Source: the human T2T-CHM13v2.0 reference genome, Homo sapiens
DNA: 64,000 bases
Assembly (NCBI RefSeq): GCF_009914755.1
Contig: NC_060926.1
Direction: 5' to 3' (one strand)
A program made the translations under genes and the position numbers. The notes under the pieces were generated by a model that saw only the letters and a list, made by a program, of their open reading frames with translations, was not told the DNA's origin and searched no databases. Numbering within the stretch: position 1 is the first letter of the stretch; every line of letters starts with the position of its first letter. Of this stretch, positions 39,666 to 54,482 are shown piece after piece.

Positions 39666-40863
39666 TTTCTTTCTGAAAGCTGTTTTTCTTATTTGTAATT
39701 TATAAAAAGCATTGAAAGTGTAAGAATATTTGGTATCCTTAGTTTGGTGACTATCTAAACCACTTTAGGAGGAATATAGTATTTCATCTTGAAAGAGCTG
39801 TTTTTTTTTGAGACGGAGTTTTGCTTTTGTCGCCCAGGCTGGAGTGCAGTGGTGTGACCGTGGCTTCCTGCAACCTCCGCCTCCTGGGTTCAAGCGATTC
39901 TCCTGCCCCAGCCTCTGAAGTAGTTGGGATTACAGGCACACACCACCACTCCCAGCTAACTTTGTAATTTTAGTAGAGATGGGGTTTCACCATGTTGGCC
40001 AGGCTGGTTTCAAACTCCTGACCTCAGGTATCCACCCACCTCGGCCTCCCAAAGTGCTGGGATTACAGCCGTGAGCCACTGTGACTGGCCCTATAAAATA
40101 GCTCTTTTTAAAAAGATGTATGGAGGTACTTTTAGTCAGCTCAGAGATTCAGTTTTCCATCTCCCATGACAACTACTTATTATAGGAATGCCTCCAACAA
40201 TTAAAAATACTTCAAAGATTAACCAGCTTACATCTTTAGGGTGCTTATTGTACTTGAAAAAAGCAAGTTGCAAAACAGTATGTATAAAATTATGATAGTG
40301 TACATAATACAAGGAAAAAATCAAAAGGAATATAGGAATGTATTGTTGAGGCCAGGTGCAGTGGCTCTCACCTGTAATCTCTGCTTTTGGAGGCTGAGGC
40401 AGTAGGATCAGTTGAGGCCAGGAGTTTCAGACCCGGCTGGGCAACAAAGTGAGAGAACCCCCTTTCTACAAAAAATTGAAAAGTAAGCCAAGTATGGTGG
40501 TTCACACGTGTAGTCTTAGTATATTGGGAGGCTGGATCACTTGAGTCCAGGAATTCAAGGCTACAGTGAGCTATGATCACAGCACTGCACTGCAGCCTGG
40601 GTGACAGAGTGAGACTTTGTCTTTAAAAAAAAAAAGTGTTGATAGTGGCTATTTTTGGGAAATGGGGATTAAAGAATAAGAACTCCCTAGCAAGATAATT
40701 AAAACAAACATTGAGGCAAAGGTAAACACTTTCCATTATTGGGGTTTGTTTATAAACCAGTGATTTTTTTTTTTCCCAGTGAAAAATAAGCTAATTAACT
40801 TTCTATGAAAATGTATCTTTACAAAATTTTAATCCAGAAAAACAGCTAGGGGGGAATATGTTA

Positions 40864-41208
<345 letters not shown>

Positions 41209-41219
41209 TTATATTTATA

Positions 41220-41328
41220 GGCTGGCCTGATGGTAGTGAGTTATCTCAACTGATTGTTCAGTCAGTTACAGATGGAACTCCTTGTTCCACTCTTTCCTCC
41301 CTTTCCACTACTACACTTGACTAATCTT
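41220..41328 (+). pseudogene. Y RNA retrocopy (RNY1/hY1-like), near full length
   Basis: GGCTGG...GGTAGTGAGTTATCTCAA...CAGTCAGTTACAGAT...CACTTGACTA closely follows hY1, with several substitutions. Confidence 0.9.
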
Positions 41329-41790
41329 AACAAAATATTACATTAAAAAGTGTAGTAATGGAATATACATTATGTTATTAAAAAGGATTTGAGGCCAGGT
41401 GTGGTGGCTTATGCCTGTAATCCTAACACTTTGGGAGGCCAAGGGTAGGGGCAGATTGCTTGAGCCCAGGAGACTGGTTTGGGCAACATGGTGAAACCAT
41501 GTCTCTACAAAACACATAAAAATAGCTGTGCACGATGGCATGCACCTGTAGTCCCGGCTACTTGGGAGGCTGAAGTGGGAGGATTACTAGGAAGTCCAGG
41601 CTGCAGTGAGCAGTAATCCTGCCAGTACACTCCAGCCAGGGTGACAGGGTGAGACCCTGTCCCCCACCCCCCAAAAAAGGATTTGTTTAGTCTTTGTTCA
41701 GAGATTAGAAATGTGAACATACAATTAGCCAGGCGTGGTGGCGCATCCCTGTGATCCCAGCTACTTGGGAGGCTAAGACAGGAGAACTGA

Positions 41791-42101
<311 letters not shown>

Positions 42102-43068
42102 TAGTCTCGATCTCTTGAACGCGTGAACCGCCTGCCTCGGCCTCCCAAAGTGCTGGGGTTACAGGCGTGAGCCACCATGCCCGGCCTACTCATCCCCTTT
42201 CAGTTCTGGCATCTGAGACAATATAAAATTGCAGGAAAATCTGGAGTCATCTGTTATATAAAAGCTAGTTCAAAAACAGAAAAGTTGACATTTTTTAAAC
42301 TTCACTTAAATGTAAACAAAATCCTTCATTAGTGGAGTGAGGATCTGATGTAGGCTATTCCTCTTCTTGTGGTCATGAAAATTCTAGTATTTCCTTCTAG
42401 TACAACCAAATGGGACTGTCTTTTGTTTCTGTTTTTGTTTTTTTCTGAAATGGGATATTCTTTAAGAACCACATTTTCCTAAGTTTGATCATTCAAAAAG
42501 TAGTTTCCATCTGGTAGAAATATTGTACTTAGTTTGTACCAAGTTGTGTTACTAAAAGGCAAAATAAAAGTAATGACTTTATTCTAAGGTTCCTCTTAGT
42601 TTTTACATACTCGGTATTCTATCTCTAACACAAAGTAGCCGTTTTAGGTTGCTTTGCATATGAAATGAAGGTACTAATGAATACACAGAAATTAAGTACC
42701 TTAGGTATCTGGTCTAATTGCCCTCCCCACCTTATAGTGAAAACAGGCCCAGAAAAACTGACCAGCCCAAGGATGAGGCCAGTTCCTTTGTCTCCCAAAG
42801 TCTAAGTGAAAATGGGAGATTCATTTGTGCAATCTATTAGATTACATTTAAACCTATTTTGGGACTGATAAAATTGACAGATGCTCTTTCTCTCCAAACC
42901 CCTAATACTTATCACAAAATGATATGACAGAATCAACTAAACAAGGTCATGGGTTATGTCTGACGATAGTTCTCTAGGGAAAATGGAAAGAAATAAAATA
43001 ACACTTGGCTAAAATGATATCATTTTTAAATGATTACTAACCAGTTGTTACAAAAATCACCTCTTGGT

Positions 43069-43074
43069 TTTATT
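43069..43074 (-). terminator. CCDC88A: Distal CCDC88A poly(A) signal
   Basis: AATAAA on the minus strand near the end of the repeat-free UTR block. Confidence 0.65.
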
Positions 43075-44950
43075 TCTTTTTATATTAGTTTGATACGTGA
43101 ATGTTAGTCCAACTTAATTTTTGAAGGAGAAACAAAATGAAAAATGTTTTTTAAAAAACAAACAGTGGTATCTCTTGTCATGAGTTGGATGCCTGTGACT
43201 GACATCAGGTATTGCCAAGTAATAAACATTTTGCCATTCAACTCTAAATCCCTTATTAGCATTAGTTTTAAAGGAAATGTTACAGCTTTTATATTATTTG
43301 ATTTGGTATTTAATAACAGTTATAAGTACAATGGTAGACACTGAAAAAGAAAACCCTTAATAGAAAAGAAAAAGACAATTTAAAATTAGATTTTGTTGAA
43401 GGGTGTTATAAGTGCAACTTTATCCATATGCATTCCTTTTAAGGCATTTTCATTGTCCAAATATCTCAACATGTACATCAAGGTTTATATTATAAAATGG
43501 GCTCCTTTTGTATTCATTCAAGACTTAAAGAAAAAATACATCTCAGGACTAAGTGTAGCTGAAAAGAAAAACACAAAAATTCACCACTCACAAAAAGTAA
43601 CTTAAAATACAAAAGTCATTTAGTATACATTATTACTCCCCATTGTAATTCCAGATTTGGTACAGTATCTTTTTCATTTCCTGACATAAACCATTAAGAC
43701 AGCACAGGCTGTAGTACTTCATTGTGAGGTGGCTACAACTCTATAATATGCACAGTGATTTTAAAATAGGCTTTTTGCATGCCTTGCATGAAAGGTGCTA
43801 CATACAAACCTGTTTTGTGAACTCTTTGGTAACCACCAATTTAAAAATTTGGATGAAAGCATTTCCACATGGACAGATCTGAAGCACATTATTGGAGCTC
43901 TGAGCCAAAGCTATTACCCTGTATATTGATTCTTCAGTTTCCTTGAGGGGTTAGGTGTTGATTTAGAATACAGCCAGATAATTTAAAGCATGTCAGGCCC
44001 CGGTTAGGAAAATGAAAATGGCTCCGATTCGTTTCCAGTTGGCTTTATTATTGTTTGGCAGAAGTTGTTTAGGGGAGAAGAGTGGCTTCCTACAAAGTTT
44101 GCTTCTCAAGGTATACTGGAGAAAGTAAAATATTCATGTGGTTACTACTGTCTAGTCGTTTCTTGAAATGGTATGAAAAAAGTGTGATGAATATAATTGA
44201 GATTATTCATATTTTTGTAGTCTCAATGTGTTCCCTTGGTTGTCTCTTTAATTGTCCCTTCTCAGGGTCAGCCTACTCAGATTCAGTACTTTACACGTTG
44301 TTTTCAGCATTTTCTGCTTGAAGCACTAATGCACTTAACCCAGCATGTTCTGTATTTTAGGATATTAGTGTTCTGGAGAGGTCAAGCTGGAATGTCATTC
44401 GCCCTCATTGGGCTACATCACCACCCATTAAATTTCAGCTTTTCAGTAATTGTTCTGGGATGTGTTCTAGTTGTGCAAATTAGATGCTAGCTAATATAAA
44501 TCTAAGTTACCCACTAACTGTATTTAGCCATAACATAATTTCTATGTTTACTTTTATCCACCTAAAAATGAATGTACATTTTTTGACATGCAATTGTCTC
44601 TAGACTGCTCTGATACCTATTACCAATGTGCTACTTGAATCCAGGGAGTTATGACAGAGAGAGATGTTTCAAAGTCTACGGAAAAGGTTTTAGATATTTC
44701 TGTTGTGCATTATTTTTGTATGTTAGTAAGAATCCTTTGTATTTCCATTTACATAGCACCTTTCATCCAAGATTTTCAAAATGATTTAATGTTAACAGCA
44801 TTTGGTGGTAAAACCTAAGTTACCGGTGGCATTGAAGTACGTAAGTAAGCTCAAGTTCTCTAAGTTCCATTTCAATTTAAACATGCTCTCTTTTTTATTG
44901 ATGGTCTTTTGGAAATTAGACTGTGAACACAACATTGCTACTGGCCTACG

Positions 44951-44969
44951 AAAGAGAGAGAGAAAGAGG

Positions 44970-45001
<32 letters not shown>

Positions 45002-45002
45002 C
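44951..45002. repeat. (GA)n microsatellite inside the CCDC88A 3'UTR, read as (CU)n in the mRNA
   Basis: Seen directly in the sequence. Confidence 0.92.
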
Positions 45003-46907
45003 TTTTCTTATGGTTACTGGGTTAGTGATGAAACCCACAACTCATAAACCACACACTATGGAATATGGAATTATTCCAAAAAGTTCTTCAGAGCTGGTAA
45101 TGAAAGCCTAAGAAGTACACTGTTAAAATTTTAAAAAGTCAGTATGTTTCTCATTTCAGACCTTGAAGATTACTCTGATATTGATGTTAAATAATGAATT
45201 TGCATTAATGAGTATCAATGCATTTTTTGATTTCATAAGAAAATAAAACTGTGATATAAAATTGGAACTACTAAAAAAATTGATGTTTCCCTGGGTTAAC
45301 TAAATCTATTTTTTTGTGCTTCTTCCAAATGTTTAAAGGTAACAAATGCATACAAATATTTCAAAAGTACCAATAACAGTTATCAACTTTAATGTAATAT
45401 CATAAAGGAGAAAAAAATCATTAATAAATGATAGCCTTAATTATAAATGAGTTTCTGGCAAAATGCAGATCATAGTAACTTATTTACATTATTTTTGCCA
45501 TAAGAAAACTTCTTAAGCAACAGTCAGCTCTCAAGTTAAAAAAATGCACACGCATACATAACCCAATACCAAAGAAAAGAAATGAGTTAAAGCACAACAG
45601 CTTTATCTTGGGAATGCCATTTGCTGAAAAACCATCTTACTAAAAAAAAGTTTCAGAAAAACACTCTTTACCATGGGTTAACTTATGAATGCTTAGTGTT
45701 GCTTAATGGGAAATATGGAAAGATTAATATCACTATAAATTTTTTATAACTCCTATTTCATTATGGATTTTTCAGATTTATCTTATAAACTGAATTTCTT
45801 TTGCATCAAAATAATTGGCTTTAAGAAAAAAAAAGTATCAACACATGCAGTCTGCTAACCAAATAAGGCTCTGACATGCCAAAACAATTTTCTCTGTATC
45901 TTGCTATATAGTACATTCCACAAAATACTACAGCATTTAATTTAGGTTTACACAACTAAATATAAATGGCTAGATTTTGGCTAACACTTAGCAGAAGCAT
46001 TAAGCAAACATGGATAAATTCATAAAACAAATGATGAAAAAAGCAGATTGTTCTTGGAGTACTTCTTTAAACACTTAACCTTAAAACACCTGGTCCTTAG
46101 TGAGAGAACGTCCTTTATTCAGTAGATCTTAACAGTACAAGGTATAGTAAGTCCTAAAACCTTTAAAAAATTTTGGCAGTTGAATCCAGTAGTGCTCCTT
46201 GATTCAAGGAATGAAGGTTTGTATTTCTTGCCTGCTCTATTCACGAAGGACTGTTAAAAGTCTCCTTAAAGATTTTTAAAAATGATTCCTATAGTTGCTA
46301 GGTGTCTTGTTACTTCAGAAATAAAGGCTTCATACTGAGAAACTGAAGGACACTTTTCTCTCTGTATTTAGTTGGAAGGTAGAAAGAAGAAAGAAAATAT
46401 AAGAAAAGCTTAAAGATAAGAGAGACACAAAATACAGAGCAGCCACTATAAGAACAGCATGCACCAGGTATTTCTATAAGAATGAGAATGACAGACAATC
46501 AGAGATAATTTTTGAGTGGCTCATCATAGAATAGGCATTTAGTCATTAATTTTCAAGAAAACTGTGGGGAAGTTGTATTCCTACCACAAAAGGCTTCAAA
46601 CTAAAAAAGTAATTCCTAGAACATAATTCACTAGTAAAATTAAATTTAAAGTGACAAAAAAACTTAAAAAAAAATACTTGTTCCTTGCGCTGACAGGTAA
46701 AAACCTATGGCAGCCAACTAATCTTGCTTCACTAGTAAGTAGAACAGAAAGTCAATGAATTAAGCAAGCAATATTTACATCTGTTAATGCAATGTGCACT
46801 TGCTTCACACTTAATTTGGTTAGTTTGTATAAATGAGACTAATCTCATTTACATTTTAAGCAGGAAACTCACCACTTGGCCCACATGTCATGTAGTGGGT
46901 AATAGAA

Positions 46908-46972
46908 TTAGGAGCTTTGTTGCTCCCTAGACCTGCTTTTTGAATTTCTGCTTTCTTGTACTTTGTCCACAT
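46908..46972 (-). CDS. CCDC88A: CCDC88A last canonical coding exon (NVDKVQESRNSKSRSREQQSS*); exon continues to the donor at 46873
   Basis: Acceptor ctgcAG at 46974-46973, TAA at 46910-46908, donor GTG|GTGAGT at 46872; matches the Girdin C-terminus. Confidence 0.94.
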
Positions 46973-47860
46973 CTGCAGGAGAAAAGCATTTCATGTTATT
47001 TAGTCAAAGATGAAACAAAATACAATTCAGAAGATAAGAAATACACTCTCACTGAGTAGGGCAAGGAGAAGGAATCTGTAACTGTCTGGGAAAATTATTA
47101 ATCTCATAGGCATCTCAATACTTAAAGATCGATTTTTATATTTTAAAGCTATAAGTAATATTCCTAGGAAAGCTATAATTTTTAAAAAAACTATAACAAT
47201 TACATTTCACCCCCTTAGTGCCAGATAGCCTTACTATGTTTATTTACTAAATGGTCACCTACAGTCTTAAACATAATCTTGCATGTAGTAGCAAAACCAT
47301 CTGGAATGAAGTATTTGTATTATTTACTAAGAAAACCAGGGCTTGATGCATATTTTATAGGCAAATAATGTTCCTCCTTACATTGGTTAAAGCTAAAATT
47401 GCTTTGGTCAAAGGGGATGCAGTGCATAAGAATATGTTTATAATTTCTAGAAAGCTAGGCCAGGAATACTGAAAGCTATCCAGCTTCATCATTTATAAAA
47501 TTAGGGTACTGAATCTTCGAATAGTTTTACAAATAATCCTTTTGAAAACTGGAGGTGTCTTAGAGGAAATAAGTGCAATTGCTCAATTGAGTCAGAGTTG
47601 TTTCACTTTTACTTTAAATGAAATTCATTTTTTAAAATTTGGGGCATCTATGTAAGATTTCACTTACAGAAAGTATTGTTTTTTTTCTTAAATGTTTGGG
47701 ACACATCGGTTCCATATGATTTCTAAGGTATTTTCACCACTAAAAATTTGATTCCAAATGCTATGAAAAAACGTTGATAAGAACTAGTGTTGTGGCCAGT
47801 CGCAGTGGCTCACGCCTGTAATCCCAGCACTTTGGGAAGCTGGTCAGGAGTTGGAGGCTA

Positions 47861-48028
<168 letters not shown>

Positions 48029-50258
48029 CTAGGCTACAGAGTGAGATTCCATCTCAAACAAACAAACAAAAAGAACTAGTGGTGTTTTGGGGGGAATTTT
48101 ATGACTCCACAGCAGGTGATGATTTCTGAAGTCCAGACTGTATTTTCCAACAGTCCTCAGGACACATGGACATGATACATATTTCTCTTATATGCACAGT
48201 GTATTTTTTTTTTTTTGAAAACATGCTGCATATAAACATACAGCTTTTTGGGTAGGAAATAGTTCTTTTCTGTAAGTCTAATTTTGTAAAATAATCACAT
48301 AATTTTAATATAATAGCATGTGATTTTTCAATGAATTTTGAATGAATAAATACAATATTTTAAAGTGTTATGGTCAGAATTATGATATCTAAAAAGTTGA
48401 AATAGCTGTGAAATAATCTTTGACTCAGTGTGGAAAAGAAATAACACTAATTATAACATTTGTGTCATATACTGCCCCCATTTAATCTCAGCTATGTTTA
48501 CTATTAAGTTTTGTTACTGGCCTATGAAAAAACAAAAGGGAAAATATTAGCACCAAATATATTTGAAATGTCAGGACTGACTGGGAAGTAACTGACAATA
48601 AAATAGAAGGATGCAAAAAGTATATTAGGTGGTACTAAAATATGACAATCCTCTGATTGTGTTCATTTGATTACCTGTACCAGAACCATTTTTTTTTTTT
48701 TTTTGTAATAGCTATCGGAAAAAAAGTGTGATTACAAAGGAGACAAATTTCATTAGGAAATATTCTCTACAGATTTTTTCTTTGGTCCAGTTAATAACCA
48801 CTTAATACAACAACAACAACAACAAGTATAACATAATTTCATCCCCACATGGTCACATTTGAAGGCATTCCTTCCAGGTGCCAGGCTGAGTCCTTATCAG
48901 TTATAGGCTAAATCCAAATGGCAAAAAACATTCCAGAGAGAATGCCAATGTGTATTTCTCTGGAAGTAAATGGATCAGGGTTATGGGTTTTTTTGTTTTT
49001 AGCAATCTGGGAGTTAGAGATTCAAATTTAGCTAATTTGCTTTAAAAGTGCTGTGAACACAAAAATAAAAGTTCTTTGCACTGGAGTCAAAGTTAACAAA
49101 TATTTTCTTACTTTTTTTTTTTTTTTTAAGCTAAAGAGTGTATTTATTCTTAGTTCTAAAATTTGTTCTACTAGAAACATACTTGTTTAAATGGTTACAA
49201 GTTCTAATTTTACATTTTAGTGTGATTATTCATTTAAAAAAAATTCTGTTTTAAGGATATACATGTATAATTTAATAATAGATTAATTATAGAAGTAACA
49301 ATTTTTACCACTTTGTAAACTTGCTACCCTTTTTGATTAGAAGTAAAAATACAAATTTCCAACACAATGAATATAATTTGGTTTATTTCTCTTTGACTCT
49401 CTATAAAAAAAGAACTGGAAAAACTATTGTATTAACTGATTTCAAGTATAGAAGCCATCTTGAAGAAAAGACAGTTACTTGAGCTCTTGTATTTATCAGA
49501 TGATGAAAAGTGCAGAGAAGAAACAATAAATACAAATGTTCCTAGTCACTGTGTAAATCACATTTAAATTTGATGGGGTTTTCTAAGAATAACACTAAGT
49601 TTATAAGTATTAACAATCTTTTAAATCTGAAAAATGTTTTATAAATATGGGTATTAGTTAATATTTGTTATATAAAGTGTTGAATTATTAACTATTTCTT
49701 TAAAACAGGACAGATGGCCTAATTAAATGACAAAAGAAAACAACATCTTTTTACATTTTCCCTACTGATACTGTACATATGTAATATAAAGTACACATTC
49801 TGGAAGAAAAAAAGGAGTGACAGTCAGAGCAAGTGAGGGGTGGGAAGAGGAGGAAGGGAGGGAGGAAATGAACATTTTTTTCCAGAAGCAACAAAGCAAA
49901 TATGACTTGGAAATGTCTTCTTGGTAAGAGAGCATGCAACTGTTTTAACATGCTTCTGGATATCAAAGTAACAATCTTATCAGGCAACAAAAAATGTGAA
50001 GGAGGAGCATGTATGGTTAAGGTTTTTAAAGGCATGCAGAAAATGGACAAAGTAATTAATATTTCATGCAGGTTTTGGTGTGGTTACACATTCACATTAA
50101 TATACATGCCATCATGTACAGCTGAACACTGTGCAACAATTTTAAATAAAAAATAAAAACCTAGCCAAATGATATTTTGTTAACAGCAACTTTTCAAATC
50201 ATATTAGAGAAGCAGTGTATATCAAATAACATCAATATATTATATTGTGCAGTTTTGA

Positions 50259-50791
50259 TCATATACAACCATATTCATACCAAACAGTTTGATTATCCTC
50301 AGAAACCAACAATGCAGCTTCTGTGTCATCAGGATAGAGGCATGCAGAAGTGACAAGATTGTTGCTATTTATAGAAAACTGTAGGTTACTGTTACTAGGG
50401 TTCTGATGATCAGAAAACTGTTCATTTTCTTTCTGTGCAGGTTTATCCAAAGAGGCAGAAGCCTGGTCAGTTATTCTGATGACTGGCCTAGGAGGTAACC
50501 CACTTATGTTACTAACTAATTCTGTATTCAGGGATAAGAATGGCTGAGATGAATGGGCCACAGTAAATGGTCCTATGCTATCTTTTGCCAACATTCCGAA
50601 TGCATCACTAGGCATCCTAATAGTGGCAAAAGTTTGGTTTAGAAAATGTGACCTTCCTGTTCTTGAGTTTCTAGCCTGGGCATATAGAGGCTCAGGCATG
50701 TCTATAGCTAAATCATTTTGGGCACAAGAACCTATAGTATGTGTTGGGATGTCAAGTATATGAGAGGACCACTGGTGTAAATGGTACTCAC
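50259..50791 (-). CDS. CCDC88A: CCDC88A long-isoform (GIV-L) read-through extension ending ...VWYEYGCI*, a PDZ-binding motif
   Basis: Frame stays open for 177 codons past the 50791 donor; the C-terminus matches the Daple/CCDC88C WYEYGCV tail. Confidence 0.85.
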
Positions 50792-51251
50792 TAGATGCTG
50801 CAGTGGTGTTGCTGTCAGCAGCAGCTGGTGGTGAATCAACTGATATAGGCAGTCTACTGTCCTTGGTCAAAAAATCATGGATGCTTGTCCTTCGTGTAGT
50901 TCCTTCGGCAGTTGAGATCACGCTGCTTGCACGAGGTAAAGTTGCATAAGGGTTACTATCTTTTGATTGTCGTGACAGAGAAGATTCTTTTACTAATTTT
51001 ATTTTTCCTTGAGTGCCTGGTGTAGGTTTTCCCGCAGAACTAATGAAGTAGGTATCTTCAGTTTTTCGAGGACCAGGTCTCAAAAACTCAGGCTTAGTTG
51101 TCCGTCTATCATAGAAGTCCCCTGGGGTTTTTCCACTTACTGACCTGGCCAGACCACAGCTAACTGGTTTGTCTTTTCCCAAAAAGTCAGAAGAGACAGA
51201 CAAACTTTTCATTACTTCATCTAAAAGATTCTCTTGACTTGAGGACTTTAT
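50792..51251 (-). CDS. CCDC88A: CCDC88A coding exon (IKSSSQENLL...SNTTAAS), SH2-like C-terminal region
   Basis: Within ORF 50259..51395; acceptor aaacAG, donor CTA|GTGAGT; 460 nt. Confidence 0.95.
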
Positions 51252-51454
51252 CTGTTTAAAAAAAAATTCAAAGCAGATTAGTGAATATAGTGCCATGTTT
51301 TTACTTTCCTGATTTAGCAGACTGTGCAATATAAAATTGTGGTACCTCTTAATACTCCTTAACTTACAAAAAAAAAAAAAAGCTCTGAAGTTCAATTACA
51401 GAAATTTAACTTGTGGTGTTCATCTAAATTAAGGTCATCATAGATAAAACTAAC

Positions 51455-51720
51455 CTGTACTGAGGTAAGCTTATTGCTTTCTTCCAAAAACTGTTGTAGA
51501 GTAACAACTTCACTTCCAGGGGAACCAGTTTTGATCTTGTGATGTCGACTCTCCAGTGTTTCAGATATTTTGTGCTGGAGCACTGGGCTTGATCTGGTCT
51601 GTCTTTTCAAGTACTGGATTGGACTGCTACCACTGCTGGACCAAGCCTCATGGTCATGAAGCAGGCTAAATTCTCCACTGCTGTGGCTTTGTGGCCTGCT
51701 TTGGTTATTAACTGCACCTG
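51455..51720 (-). CDS. CCDC88A: CCDC88A coding exon containing the GBA/GEM motif (TGSPGSEVVTLQQFLEESNK)
   Basis: G-alpha-i binding motif; AAGCAG tandem acceptor; donor CAG|GTTAGT; 266 nt. Confidence 0.95.
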
Positions 51721-52218
51721 CTTTTGGAGTAAATGGGGTGTTGAGATTTCAATAATAGAATTGAGATTAATACTTCATGAGTAATAACATTTGTTGACTG
51801 TGTGCTAATTATATGAACAGCCAAATTTACTTTCAAGCTTTATTTAGAAATGCTTAGTAAACCATGTCAATCTTTTATCAGTCTAACAATTGTCTGCCAT
51901 AGCCTGCTTCCTTATTTTGTCAAACTGACAACTATTGTAAGCTCCATAAGGGCAAAGACTTGCTTTTACTATCATACTCAGAGCCTAAACAGAGCCTCAT
52001 ACAAAGCATTCAATATATTTTTTGAGTAAATGAATGAATAAATAAGTGAATAATATATTTTTTAAAATTCAGGTTCAAATAGTTATAAAATGCCTTGCAG
52101 GCCAGGCGTGGTGGCTCACGCCTGTAATCCCAACACTTTGGAAGGCCGAAGCAGGCGGATCACGAGGTCAGGAGTTGGAGACCAGCCTGGCCAATATGGA
52201 GAAACCCCGTCTCTACTA

Positions 52219-52404
<186 letters not shown>

Positions 52405-52429
52405 TTAGGATAAGAACATGATTAGACAA

Positions 52430-52854
<425 letters not shown>

Positions 52855-53586
52855 TAACTCCTGACCTCAGGTGATCTGCCCACCTCGGCCTCACAAAGTG
52901 CTGGGATTACAGGTGTGAGCCACCGCACCTGGCTCATTAGGTGAATTTTATATTATTTCAGTATGTTAAGACCAAAAACTGTTCTAAATGCAGAAAATTC
53001 TATTTTAATTATTTGCTTATCTAAGAAGTCCTCATTACTACTTGAAGGCTTCTCTGTTCATCCTGCATGGATAACTTTAAACATTTAAAAAAATTTAAAT
53101 AGCATACACATAAGGAAAGTTAAATAAAGATATGAAGCAATTACTTACAACATTTCAGTAAAAGTATACAATCAAATATGTAGTGCTTTATTCTTTTTTA
53201 AATGTCTTGATCATCTTATTGTTGTTGCTGTCCTCTGTTGATATGGTGCCTATATAACCTTAAAAGACTCAGTTGACATTAAGCAACTATATAAAATGAA
53301 AATTAGCTAGTTCTAGAATTAAACTCCCTCAAATCTATGGTGTTCCTTAAGAGTACGGATTTGTTTTGATCACGAACAAACTGTACATCAAAACAGAAAA
53401 TGCAACTTTCCATTGTTTCCCAGTCACAGAGAGTAAAGTGGGCCACGAAAGAATTTGGCTCAAGTTATGTAACATTTTACAAAAGTAAGAGTTTCTTAAA
53501 TTTTCAAATCAGAAAAAAAAAATCCTATTTTCAGACTACATTTTTCTACTGGATGTAAAAACATTTTTAAATAATTTATTTCTTTT

Positions 53587-53636
53587 AAGGCTAGTCAAAT
53601 GAAGTAGTGGGAGTGGGAAAGGAACAAAGAAATCTG
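53587..53636 (-). pseudogene. 5'-truncated Y RNA retrocopy (hY3 3' half)
   Basis: Reverse complement CAGATTTCTTTGTTCCTT...CACTCCCACT...TTGACTAGCC; degenerate A-tail; possible TSD AAAAACAT at 53557-53564 and 53637-53644. Confidence 0.82.
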
Positions 53637-53983
53637 AAAAACATGATAAAAATTAAAAAAAGAAACCCACCTCAAAATTAGGTATTTCAGATCACTGTAA
53701 TAATGTCATAGCATTAATTGATAAAATAAAATTACAACTGAGACAAAATAATTTTATAATCCAAAAAGGAACAAAACAAATGCATTCCTTGTAACCTGAC
53801 AATTCTGGAGTACAGAGAGTAACTATGATATATTGGTCAAATAATTCAGAGGCTGGATGAGGTGCCTCACTTGAGCACAGGAGTTCGAGACAAGCCTGGG
53901 CAACATGTTAGAAACCCTGTCTCTAACAAAAATACAAAAAAACTAGCTGGGCATGGTGGCATGGGTCTCTGTAGTCCCAGTTA

Positions 53984-54482
<499 letters not shown>

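Larger units (their letters stand above)
43045..46361 (-). other. CCDC88A: CCDC88A last exon (3'UTR, about 3.3 kb); 3' end approximate
   Basis: Long pyrimidine tract and tacAG acceptor at 46363-46362; Alu-free AT-rich stretch; minus-strand AATAAA at 46114, 44894, 44044 and 43069. Confidence 0.78.

Noticed and set aside
51252-51395. N-terminal part of the 378-aa ORF 50259..51395
   Set aside because: Intronic sequence upstream of the true acceptor, with a TTG start; not a separate gene
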